Position numbers and translations under genes: made by a program. A stretch of 64,000 nucleotides of DNA from assembly GCA_963711765.1 (NCBI GenBank), contig CAVQFC010000004.1:835138-899137 (forward strand), written 5' to 3'. This document shows, in pieces, positions 21,789 through 31,466 of the stretch. Source of the DNA: an uncultured Acidobacteriota bacterium (lineage in GTDB: Bacteria > Acidobacteriota > Vicinamibacteria > Vicinamibacterales > CAVVIG01). Every line of letters begins with the position of its first letter. Position 1 is the stretch's first letter. A model generated the notes under the pieces. The model saw only the letters and a program-made list of their open reading frames with translations. It had not been told where the DNA came from and made no database searches.

Positions 21789-22601
21789 ATGTCCGTGAGC
21801 GCCATTCGCGTCACCGTCCTCGGTAGCGGCACGTCCCATGGCGTGCCGGCGATTGGCTGCAACTGCGCGGTCTGCACGTCGACGGATCCGCGCGACCGCC
21901 GGAGCCGTCCGTCGATCCTGATCGAGATCGTTCGCCGCCAGGACGAACCGGCGTTTGCGGCCGGCGTCCGCTCGATTCTTGTGGACACTTCGACCGACTT
22001 GCGGAGCCAGGCGCTGGCCCACGACATCCGTCGCGTTGATGCGATCCTGTTCACGCACTGCCACGCCGACCATGTGTTCGGCCTGGACGACGTGCGTCGG
22101 TTCAATCAACTGCAGAAGGGATCGATTCCGTGTTACGCGGATGAAGAGACCGTGAACGGTCTGCGGCGCATGTTCTCGTACGTGTTCGAGCCGCCCCGAC
22201 AGAAAGGCGGCGGCATTCCGCAACTCGCGCTGTTTCGCATCGCCGGACCATTCACGCTCGGCGGCGTCGAGATCGTCCCGGTCCCGCTGATGCACGGCAC
22301 GCTGCCGGTGCTCGGCTTCAGAATCGGATCGTTCGCGTACCTGACCGACTGCAACAGCATTCCCGACGCGTCGTGGCCGCTGCTGGATGGCGTCAATACC
22401 CTCATCCTCGACGCGCTGCGCCATCGTCCGCATTCGACGCATTTCAGCGTCGGCGAATCGCTCGACGTGGTGGCGCGGCTCGGCGTGGAGCGCGCCTACT
22501 TCACGCACATCTGCCACGATCTACCGCACGCGCAGACCTGCGCCGAACTGCCGGCCGGCGTGCAGTTGGCCTATGATGGCCTGGTCTTGGAGAACGCGTG
22601 A
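21789..22601 (+). CDS. MBL-fold metallo-hydrolase (PhnP-like)
   Basis: 270-aa ORF with LGSGTSHGVP, CxCxxC and THCHADHVFGLDD motifs. Confidence 0.75.
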   Translation: MSVSAIRVTVLGSGTSHGVPAIGCNCAVCTSTDPRDRRSRPSILIEIVRRQDEPAFAAGVRSILVDTSTDLRSQALAHDIRRVDAILFTHCHADHVFGLDDVRRFNQLQKGSIPCYADEETVNGLRRMFSYVFEPPRQKGGGIPQLALFRIAGPFTLGGVEIVPVPLMHGTLPVLGFRIGSFAYLTDCNSIPDASWPLLDGVNTLILDALRHRPHSTHFSVGESLDVVARLGVERAYFTHICHDLPHAQTCAELPAGVQLAYDGLVLENA

Positions 22602-23539
22602 TGGACGTCATCCATTTTCCGGAGGACGTGCGCCCCGCGCGCTGGGGGCAGCCGGTGCTGGCGCTCGGCAACTTCGACGGCCTGCATCGCGGTCATCGCA
22701 AGATCCTCGATCGCGTCCAGCGCGTCGCCAACGAGCGCGGCGCGACCTCGGTGGTGATGACCTTCGACCCGCACCCGCCTCGTGTGGTTCGGCCAGACAA
22801 GGCGCCGGCGCTGCTCATGACCAAGGCGCAGAAGATCGACGCGCTGGCCGCCGCCGGCGTCCAGGGCACCGCCATCGTCCGCTTTACGCCAGAGCTGTCG
22901 CACTGGGACCCCGAGATGTTCGTGCGAACGGTGCTCGTGGAATGGCTGCACGTCGCTGAAGTCTGGGTCGGCGCGAATTTTCTTTTCGGACACGATCGGG
23001 CCGGCAACTTCTCGATGCTGCGCACGCTCGGCGCGCGCTACGGCTTCAAGGCCGAGAAAATCGATCCGGTGCGCTACAAGGACTTCGTGGTCAGCAGCAC
23101 GCGGATCCGGCGTCTGGTGAGCGAGGGGCGGGTGGACGAGGCCGGGGCGCTGCTCGGTCACGAGTACTACGTCGACGGGACCGTGACGCTCGGCGACCAG
23201 CGCGGCCGTACCATCGGATTTCCCACCGCCAATCTGTGCAGCGAAAACGAGCTGCTGCCGCCGCTCGGCGTGTATGCGACGACGATGAGGATTGGGGACG
23301 TCGTGTACCCGTCGATCACCAACATCGGCACCCGGCCGACGGTGGACAGCTCCGGCCGGGTGGTGATCGAGACGCACGTCTTCGACCTGAACCGCGACCT
23401 CTACGGCCAGACGGTCCGTGTCGGCTTCGTGCAGCGCCTGCGGGACGAACGGCGGTTCGAGTCGCTGGAGGCGCTGCGTGCGCAGATCGACGCCGACTCC
23501 CACCGCGCGCGCGTGCTGTTCAGCCGGCTTTCACTGTAG
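22598..23539 (+). CDS. ribF: Bifunctional riboflavin kinase / FAD synthetase
   Basis: 313-aa ORF with ALGNFDGLHRGH, GFPTANL, a YGxxxRVxF-like kinase C-terminus and PHPP. Overlaps the upstream gene by 4 nt. Confidence 0.9.
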   Translation: MMDVIHFPEDVRPARWGQPVLALGNFDGLHRGHRKILDRVQRVANERGATSVVMTFDPHPPRVVRPDKAPALLMTKAQKIDALAAAGVQGTAIVRFTPELSHWDPEMFVRTVLVEWLHVAEVWVGANFLFGHDRAGNFSMLRTLGARYGFKAEKIDPVRYKDFVVSSTRIRRLVSEGRVDEAGALLGHEYYVDGTVTLGDQRGRTIGFPTANLCSENELLPPLGVYATTMRIGDVVYPSITNIGTRPTVDSSGRVVIETHVFDLNRDLYGQTVRVGFVQRLRDERRFESLEALRAQIDADSHRARVLFSRLSL

Positions 23540-23550
23540 AATTCCGGAAC

Positions 23551-23835
23551 GTGCCCGAGCAGGAGTTTTTCTTCGCGCTCGACCTGTCCGACGAGCCGCC
23601 CTTCGATCAGATGGTCGGCGACCTGGCACTGGCCGTGCTCGGTCAGATCGGCTACGAGCCTGGCGTCACCGGTGAACTGATCAAGGGGTTGCGCGCCGCC
23701 CTGGCCGAACGGGTCGCCGGTGGGCAGCGTCGCTGCACGGTCCGGTTCGTAGCCGGCGGTGGCGAGCTCCAGTTGACTGTCGATGGTGGCGGCGGCCCGG
23801 AGTGGCGCACCACTCGTCCTCTTCCGGCCTCCTGA
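23551..23835 (+). CDS. Hypothetical small protein (94 aa, GTG start)
   Basis: GC3-rich frame filling the ribF-cysS gap. The sequence VPEQEFFFALDLSDEPPFDQMVGDLALAVLGQIGY..CTVRFVAGGGELQLTVDGGGG is only vaguely HATPase/anti-sigma-like. The start is unsupported by an SD. Confidence 0.4.
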   Translation: MPEQEFFFALDLSDEPPFDQMVGDLALAVLGQIGYEPGVTGELIKGLRAALAERVAGGQRRCTVRFVAGGGELQLTVDGGGGPEWRTTRPLPAS

Positions 23836-23838
23836 CCC

Positions 23839-25257
23839 ATGCGCCTGTACAACACCCTCACCCGCACGCGAAGAGCCCTTCGCGCCCGGCACCGATCAGC
23901 ACCGTCCGCATGTACACGTGCGGGCTTACCGTCTACGCCCGCGGACACATCGGCAACTTCCGGACGTTCATCTGCGTGGACGTTCTGCGCCGGACGCTCA
24001 AATACCTGCTCGGCTACAAGATCCGGCAGGTGATGAATTTCACCGACGTGGACGATCGCACCATCATCGGCGCGCAGAAGGCCGGCATGGATCTGCGCAG
24101 CTACACCGATCAGTACATCGCGATGTTTCGCGAAGACGCGCGTCGCTCTTGGACTCGAGGCGGTCGAGGAAACGCCGCGCGCCACCGACCAGGCGAACCT
24201 GCAGGCGATGGCCGATCTGATCCGCGCGCTCGACAAGAACGGTCACACGTACGTCAGCGACGGTTCGATCTATTTCAAGATTTCGACGCTTGCCCGGCTA
24301 CGGCAAGCTGGCGCATCTCGATTTCGAGGGCATGCAGCCGGGCGCGCGCGTCGACACCGACACCTACGCGAAAGACGATGCGCGGGATTTCGTGCTGTGG
24401 AAGGCGACCAAGCCGGACGAGCCGACCTGGGATCTGGTCGATCCGCCGGGACGTCCAGGCTGGCACCTCGAGTGCTCGGCGATGGCGCTGCGGCTGCTCG
24501 GCGAGTCGCCGATCGACATCCACGCCGGCGGCATCGACCTGATTTTTCCGCATCACGAGAACGAGATCGCGCAGAGCGAAGGCGCGACCGGCAAGCTGTT
24601 CTCGCGCTTCTGGGTCCACGTCGAGTATCTGATCGTGGACGAGCAGAAGATGTCGAAGTCGCTCGGCAACACCTACACGATTCCGCGACGTCATCGAGCG
24701 CGGCTACCGGCCGTCAGCGGTCCGCTACCTGCTGCTGTCCGCGCACTATCGCAAGCAGCTGAACTTCACCTGGGCCAGCCTGGGCCAGGCCGAAGAAGCG
24801 CTTCGTCGGCTCACCGATTTTCTGGCGCGGCTCGACACTGTCACCGTCGCGGGTGAGTATCCGTCGATTGCGGCGCGGGTCGCCACCGCCCGTCAGGAAT
24901 TCTCCGAGGCGATGCAAGACGATCTGAACACCGCGTCCGCGCTGGGGGCGGTATTCGAGCTGGTGCGCTCGCTGAACTCCGCGATGGACGCGGGTCAGGT
25001 CGGCACCGGCGATCTGCCGGGCATCAAGGACGCGTTCGAGCAATTCGACCTCGTGCTCGGGGTGTTGAGCCTGCGTCAGGCCGAGGACGAACGTCCGCCG
25101 GTGCCGATCGAGGAGATCGATCGCCTGATCGAGGATCGTCACGCCGCGCGACGCCGTCGCGATTTCGCCGGCCGCCGATCGCATCCGCGACGATCTGGCT
25201 ACCCGGGGTGTGCTCCTCGAAGACAGCGCCGGCGGCACCCGCTGGAAGAAGAAGTGA
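23839..25257 (+). pseudogene. cysS: Cysteine--tRNA ligase, frame broken six times (frames 1-2-0-1-2-0-1)
   Basis: MRLYNTLTRT.., MYTCGLTVYARGHIGNFR (HIGH-type), [10 protein letters not shown] and KMSKSLGN are all present but lie in successive +1 frames. The stop is at 25255-25257. Confidence 0.9.
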
Positions 25258-26585
25258 CGAGCCCGCCCCAGATCAACACTCCGCTGCCAGGTCCGAGGGC
25301 AAAAGCCATCATCGAGCGCGACCGCACGGTCGTGTCGCCGTCTTACACGCGCGGCTATCCGCTGGTCATCGAACGCGGGATCGGGCGCGATGGTCGAGGA
25401 CGTGGACGGCAACGTATTCCTCGACTGCGCGGCTGGCATCGCCGTCAACTCGACCGGCCACTCGCATCCCGACGTCGTGCGCGCGATCACCGAGCAGGCG
25501 CAGCGCTTCCTGCACATGTCCGGCACCGACTTCTACTACGAGCCGCAGGTGCGGCTCGCGGAGGAACTCGCGTCGATCGTGCCGATTGCCGGCGGCGTCC
25601 GATCGTTCTTCGGCAACTCGGGCGCGGAAGCCATCGAAGCCTGCCTGAAACTGGCCCGTTACGCCACCGGCCGTCAGAACCTCATCGCGTTTCTACGGCG
25701 GTTTCCACGGCCGGACGATGGGGGCGCTGTCGCTGACGGCGAGCAAGGCGATTCAGCGTCGCGGATTCGGGCCGATGATGCCGGGCGTGTTTCACGCGCA
25801 CTATCCGGATCGGTACCGCTGTCCGCTCGGCGCGACGCCCGACACCGTCGCGGAAGCGTGCATCGACTTCGTCGAGCATCAGCTGTTCACGCAGGTCGTC
25901 TCACCTGACGAAGTCGCCGCGATCGTCGTCGAACCGATCCAGGGCGAAGGCGGTTACATCGTGGCCGCCGACGAGTTCTTCGCAGCGTCTGCGCGAGCTG
26001 ACCAGGAAGCACGGCATCCTCCTCGTGGTGGACGAAGTGCAGTCCGGGATGGGGCGGTCCGGGAAGATGTTCGCGATCGAGTACACCGGCGTCGAGCCGG
26101 ACGTGATGGCGATTGCCAAGGGCATCGCCTCGGGTCTGCCGCTCGGCGTGGCGGTGGCGCGGGCCGGGCTGATGGCGTGGCCGCCGGGCGCGCACGCGAG
26201 CACGTTCGGCGGCAACCCGGTCTCGTGCGCGGCGGCGCTGGCGACGATCTCGCTGCTGAAGACGCGGCTGGTAGCGAATGCGGCCGCGGTCGGCGCGTAT
26301 CTGATGGACGGGCTGCGGTCGCTGGCCGACAAGCATCCGCTGATCGGCGACGTTCGCGGTCGTGGTCTGATGATCGGCGTCGAGCTGGTCGGGATCGCCA
26401 GACCAAGGAGCGCGCGACCAGCGAGCGCGACGCGGTCGTCACGGCGGCGTTCAACCGCGGACTGCTGGTGCTCGGGGCGGGGAAGAATGCGGTCCGCTTC
26501 TCGCCGCCGCTGGTGCTGACGCGAGAGCAGGCAGACACCGCGGTCGAGGATTTTCGACGAGGCGCTGACCGAGGTCTCGGCCTGA
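25254..26585 (+). pseudogene. Class-III PLP aminotransferase (4-aminobutyrate/acetylornithine aminotransferase-like), frame broken about 5 times
   Basis: The GTG start overlaps the cysS stop. Motifs FLDCAAGIAVNSTGHSHP, FFGNSGAEA, GFHGRT, LVVDEVQSGMGRSGKMFA, KGIASGLP and STFGGNP are spread across frames. Confidence 0.8.
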
Positions 26586-26600
26586 TGTTTGCTGCGCTGA

Positions 26601-26972
26601 TTGAGCATGACGCAGGCTCGCATCGCCCTTGGAAAATCCGGTGAAGATCTCGCGTGTGCGGAACTCGAGCGGCGAGGGTACGTCGTTCTTGCGAGGCGAT
26701 ACCGCCGACGTGGTGGAGAATTGGACATCATCGCTCGCGACGGTCAGACGATCGTGTTCGTGGAAGTGAAGACGCGGGAGGGTCGTGCATTCGGCGACGG
26801 CAGCGAAGCCGTGACGCCGTGGAAGCAGCGTCGGATGACTCATCTGGCCAACGACTTTCTTGCGCGTCATCATCTCATCGACCGTCCCTGCCGGTTCGAC
26901 GTCGTCGCGATCCATTTCGCGAACGGCGCGCCGGTCATCGACGTGTTTCAGAACGCATTCGACGCTGCTTAG
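26601..26972 (+). CDS. YraN family endonuclease (UPF0102)
   Basis: 123-aa ORF with GKSGEDLACAELERRGY, GELDIIARDG, VFVEVKTR and RFDVVAI. Confidence 0.8.
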   Translation: MSMTQARIALGKSGEDLACAELERRGYVVLARRYRRRGGELDIIARDGQTIVFVEVKTREGRAFGDGSEAVTPWKQRRMTHLANDFLARHHLIDRPCRFDVVAIHFANGAPVIDVFQNAFDAA

Positions 26973-27035
26973 GATTTCAGATCTCAGACTTCAGATTTCA
27001 GACTTCACACTTCACTCACACTTCAAACTTCTGTA
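26973..27035. repeat. Nine direct heptads exactly filling the yraN-galT spacer
   Basis: GATTTCA GATCTCA GACTTCA GATTTCA GACTTCA CACTTCA CTCACAC TTCAAAC TTCTGTA, followed immediately by the galT ATG at 27036. Confidence 0.7.
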
Positions 27036-28038
27036 ATGCCTGACCTTCGCAAGGATCCGATTACCGGCCGGTGGGTCATCATCTCCACCGATCGCCAGAA
27101 GCGCCCGAACGACTTCCGCGTCGAGTCGGCGACCATTCTCGGCCGCGAGCACTGCCCGTTCTGTCCCGGCCACGAGGCGATGACGCCGTCCGAAGTGCTG
27201 TCGTATCGCACTGATGGCGGCGCGCCCAACACGCCGGGCTGGAACGTGCGGGTCGTTCCGAACAAGTTCCCGGCGCTTCAAGTCGAGGGCAATCTCGATC
27301 GCCAGGGCGAGGGCATGTTCGACCGCATGAACGGCATCGGCGCCCACGAGGTGATCATCGAGACCCCGGATCACGATCGGCCGCTGGCGATGATGACCGA
27401 GCAGGAGATCGAGCGGGTGTTCTGGGCGTGCCGCGAGCGCATGCTGGACCTGAAGCGCGACGTTCGGCTGCGCTACATCCTCATTTTCAAGAATCATGGC
27501 GCGGCGGCGGGCGCGACGCTGGCGCATCCGCACTCGCAGCTGATCGCGCTGCCGATCGTGCCCGAACTGGTGCGCCAGGAAATCGAAGGCGCGCGGCGGC
27601 ATTTCGAGATCAAGGAGCGCTGCGTGTTCTGCGACATCATCCAGCAGGAGCGTGCCGACGGCCGTCGGGTCATCGAGGAGAACGCCGACGTGGTGGCGCT
27701 GGCGCCGTACGCGCCGCGATTCGCGTTCGAGACGTGGCTCCTGCCGCAGGCGTCACGGGTCGCGGTTCGAGGAGGCGGAGCGTCACCAATACGCGAGCCT
27801 GGCCCGGCTGCTGAAGACGGTGCTGCAGCGGCTGAACCGCGCGCTCGAGGTGCCGCCGTTCAACCTGGTCGTGCACACCTCGCCATTTTCGGAGGACGTG
27901 GCCAGCGAGTACCACTGGCACGTCGAGATCATGCCGAAGCTGACGCGGGTGGCGGGCTTCGAGTGGGGGACCGGGTTCTACATCAACCCGACGTCGCCGG
28001 AGGAGGCGGCCCAGGTGCTGCGCGAGGTCAAGGTATGA
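27036..28038 (+). pseudogene. galT: Galactose-1-phosphate uridylyltransferase (GalT family), one +1 frame break
   Basis: CPFCPGHE zinc site and HPHSQ active-site motif. The shift is at gg 27749-27750; removing one g gives LLPQRHGSRFEEAERHQY... and joins ORFs 27036.. and 27652..28038. Confidence 0.8.
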
Positions 28039-28120
28039 TGGCGGAGGGTTCCGGAGCGGTCGGTCGCGCGGCTCGCGAGCTTGAAAGCGAGCCCAGCGGT
28101 GTGGTACTTTGGGGGTTCGG

Positions 28121-28195
28121 GCGGGAATAGCTCAGTGGTAGAGTGCGACCTTGCCAAGGTCGAAGTCGCGGGTTCGAATCCCGTTTCCCGCTCCA
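28121..28195 (+). tRNA. tRNA-Gly (anticodon GCC)
   Basis: Acceptor gcgggaa/ttcccgc, anticodon loop cttGCCaag, T-arm ggttcgaatcc, encoded CCA end. Confidence 0.9.
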
Positions 28196-28219
28196 AATTT
28201 TTCTCTCCGCGGTCAGAAG

Positions 28220-28250
28220 GGCGGGTCTCTCGACCCGCCGTTCTTGTTTA
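28220..28250 (+). terminator. Intrinsic-terminator-like hairpin between the two tRNA genes
   Basis: ggcgggtc-tctc-gacccgcc (perfect 8-bp stem) followed by the T-rich gttcttgttta. Confidence 0.55.
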
Positions 28251-28254
28251 TTGA

Positions 28255-28328
28255 GGCGCCGTCGCCAAGAGGTAAGGCAGAGGTCTGCAAAACCTCCACC
28301 CCCGGTTCAAATCCGGGCGGCGCCTCCA
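28255..28328 (+). tRNA. tRNA-Cys (anticodon GCA)
   Basis: Acceptor ggcgccg/cggcgcc, anticodon loop tctGCAaaa, T-arm ggttcaaatcc, encoded CCA end. Confidence 0.9.
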
Positions 28329-28373
28329 ATCTTCTCCGGTCGCACCCTCCGATGTGAACGGAGCGGAAACGCT

Positions 28374-29145
28374 CTACGACTTGGGCGGTTTCCGTGCCTT
28401 GATAATGAAGGTCGTCGGCATGGTCTGTGCCCTGGCGACGGAGTACCAACGCGCCGGGTCTCGGTGCTCGTCCTTCATAGCCTCTGCATTGAACGGGGTT
28501 TCCACCAGTGCTTCGATCTGCAGCCCCGCCTGAACGAGGTTGCCAACGAAGGTGGCGAGCGTGCGATGGTGGATCACGATAGGCACGCCCTTCCACGATG
28601 AGTGCTCAACCGGGCCTTCCCTGAGGTAGGGCCTGGCCACGATGTAATCTGTGCCATTCCATTCGAGACAACCGTAAGCGGGATGTTCCCCGCTGACGAT
28701 GAAACTTCCGCCTGGCCGTAAGTAAGTGCTGACGAGCCTCATCTGTACTTGGCAGGTCCGTCGTCCAACCAAGCCCATAGATCGAGAACACGAGATCGAA
28801 GTGATTCAGCGGGATCCCCGGATTTACTTCCATTGGCGATTCGATCAGCCGCACGCACGACGCAAACGGCCGGAGCGTCTCTTCGGCGAACGCGATCTGG
28901 GTGGATGACAAGTCGAGGCCCCACAGTTCACGAGCGCCGCGCTCGGCGAGGTAGCGCAGCGAGTGCCCGCTCCCGCAGCCGAGTTCAAGCGCACACACGT
29001 CGGACGTTCTATCCAGAAGCCTCAGCGTGTCCTCAGTCGGCGCCAGCGGTCCATATTCCGGTAGCGCGGTGCCTCCGTGGAAGTGCCTGGCAACGCGGTT
29101 CCAGCCATCCCGGTTTGTCGCAAGCGCAGTCTCGTCTCCGGCCAT
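28374..29145 (-). pseudogene. Class I SAM-dependent methyltransferase, one +1 frame break near 28740
   Basis: N-terminal ORF 28606..29145 (LELGCGSGHS) continues in ORF 28374..28778 (YLRPGGSFIVS). Confidence 0.75.
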
Positions 29146-29156
29146 GTATCAAATGC

Positions 29157-29891
29157 TCACTCAACAGTTGGGCCAATGTCCGTGACCAGAAAGTCCTCGC
29201 CGCGTCTCGTCGCAGCCATCAAGAGGGACCCGTCCGGACGAACGATTTCCGATGCCCCCACGGACGTCAGCTCGCTGGTTTCGCCTGCGACATCAGCCCG
29301 GATGATCCACATCTTGTTCTCGATCGCGCGAGCCAGATCGCATTCTCTCGCGTGCGCCACAATGTCTTCGCCAGCCCTTGAATGCGGCAGGGCGGTGTTC
29401 GAGGGAACGAAGAGGACGGTCGCCCCTTGCGCCGCCGATCGGGCAGCCAGCGCAGGGAAGGTCGAGTCGTAGCAGATGACGATGCCAAACGTCAGGCCAT
29501 CCACGCGGAACACCGGCGTTTCAGTGCCGGCTGCATACACGGATCGCCGGATTGCGGGACGTTGCTTGCGGTACACGCCGGCGATGGTGCCGCGATGCAA
29601 AACAGCGGCGGTGTTGTAGAGCCTTCCGTCGTCGGCCAATTCCGTCAGGCCGATGATGCATGTAACACGGTCACTCGCGAGCGGGGCGAGCGCGGGACCA
29701 ATTCGACTGGTGGCGATTGCGAACGGCGTCGGGTCTTTGCTGTTGTCCGCCAGACCACCGAGAATTGCTTCGGGGCAGCACAGAATCGCGATGTTGCGTA
29801 CTTCACACTGCTCGACACGTCGCCGTATCAAAGCCAACGCTTCCATCGAGCCGGACTCTAACAGCGGTGTTTGATAGGCTGCTACTTTCAT
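29157..29891 (-). CDS. Carbon-nitrogen hydrolase (nitrilase superfamily) protein
   Basis: 244-aa ORF with E-K-C triad contexts CCPEA, YRKQ and GIVICYD. Confidence 0.8.
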   Translation of the reverse strand: MKVAAYQTPLLESGSMEALALIRRRVEQCEVRNIAILCCPEAILGGLADNSKDPTPFAIATSRIGPALAPLASDRVTCIIGLTELADDGRLYNTAAVLHRGTIAGVYRKQRPAIRRSVYAAGTETPVFRVDGLTFGIVICYDSTFPALAARSAAQGATVLFVPSNTALPHSRAGEDIVAHARECDLARAIENKMWIIRADVAGETSELTSVGASEIVRPDGSLLMAATRRGEDFLVTDIGPTVE

Positions 29892-29984
29892 CCGCGCCCA
29901 TCAACGGATCGGGTTCGACGCGCAGTTCGGCACGGAAGGGAGACTACCATTCGCGACCCGCTGCCGTGAGGCGCCGTGTTGCGG

Positions 29985-30863
29985 CTAGTGCACCCGACCG
30001 CTTTTGAATTCTGCCTCGGCGCTGTCGATGTAGGCGCGATAGCCGTCGGGATCGATGAACGCGTCCACCGGATTCTTCGAGGTGGAACTCGCGACGAACT
30101 TGCGGTACCTGCCCCATGCCCTCGCATGGTTGGTCACCCAGATGTCGGCGGGCAGACTCCGCAGCACGCGCAAGCTGCGCTCGCGGTCTGTCCTTTGTTC
30201 CGGATACTCCGACCTTTCCAGCACGCCCGGGTCGCACACGCTCACGACGTTCAGCACGCGGTCACCGTCGCGGACCGGAAACGAAAACGAGGTGCAGCCA
30301 CGCGTGTGGCCCGACGTGATGTGCGCGGTGAGCGCGATCGGCCCGACCCGGATCGTGTCGCCGTCCTTGAACCGGTGGTCGACACGCGTGGCCGGGTAGC
30401 CGAGGATCTTCATCCGGATGAGGGCTCTCAGCGGCAGGACGAGGTCGCGGTCATCGCCGCCGGAGGCGATGACGTCTGCGCTCGCGTCGCTCGCCCACAG
30501 CTCGGCACCGGACGCCCGCTGCAGCACCGCCAGCCCGCCCGCGTGGTCGGGATGCGGCTCCGAGTTCAGGAGCACTTTGACGTCCTTGATGTTGAAACCG
30601 AGCTTCGCGATGCTCCCGATGATCATCACCGCTGTGGTTGGATAGCCGGCGTCGAGCAGGATGTGCCCCTCGGGACCGGTGATGAGGAAGGCCGCGACGT
30701 CGTTGGCGCCGACGTAGTAGAAGTTGCCGGCGATGCGGAAGGGTTCAACAGGCTGCTGCCCGCCGACTTTCGTTGCGTTCAGCCGCTGGCCGACGAGTAC
30801 CAATGCAAGAACGATCACCAGTGCCAGTACGATCAGCGCACGGCGCTTCGTGAGGCGGATCAC
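29985..30863 (-). CDS. Subclass B3-like metallo-beta-lactamase fold protein with an E-x-H-x-D-H metal motif
   Basis: 292-aa ORF with signal/TM, FYYVGAND, LLNSEPHPDHAGG (Glu where B3 enzymes have His116), SGHTRGCTS and VTNHA. Confidence 0.75.
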   Translation of the reverse strand: MIRLTKRRALIVLALVIVLALVLVGQRLNATKVGGQQPVEPFRIAGNFYYVGANDVAAFLITGPEGHILLDAGYPTTAVMIIGSIAKLGFNIKDVKVLLNSEPHPDHAGGLAVLQRASGAELWASDASADVIASGGDDRDLVLPLRALIRMKILGYPATRVDHRFKDGDTIRVGPIALTAHITSGHTRGCTSFSFPVRDGDRVLNVVSVCDPGVLERSEYPEQRTDRERSLRVLRSLPADIWVTNHARAWGRYRKFVASSTSKNPVDAFIDPDGYRAYIDSAEAEFKSGRVH

Positions 30864-30917
30864 CTGCTCGGCCTTGTCGCCATCCTGCCTGAGCGGCAGT
30901 TGACCCGGGCCTGATGG

Positions 30918-31465
<548 letters not shown>

Positions 31466-31466
<1 letters not shown>

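Noticed and set aside
26973-27035. Tandem repeat arrays (also 6015-6118, 17763-17859, 21705-21788) considered as possible CRISPR arrays.
   Set aside because: The units are only 7-9 nt with no unique spacers of 25-40 nt. There is no leader and no cas genes. They are word arrays or hairpins, not CRISPR.
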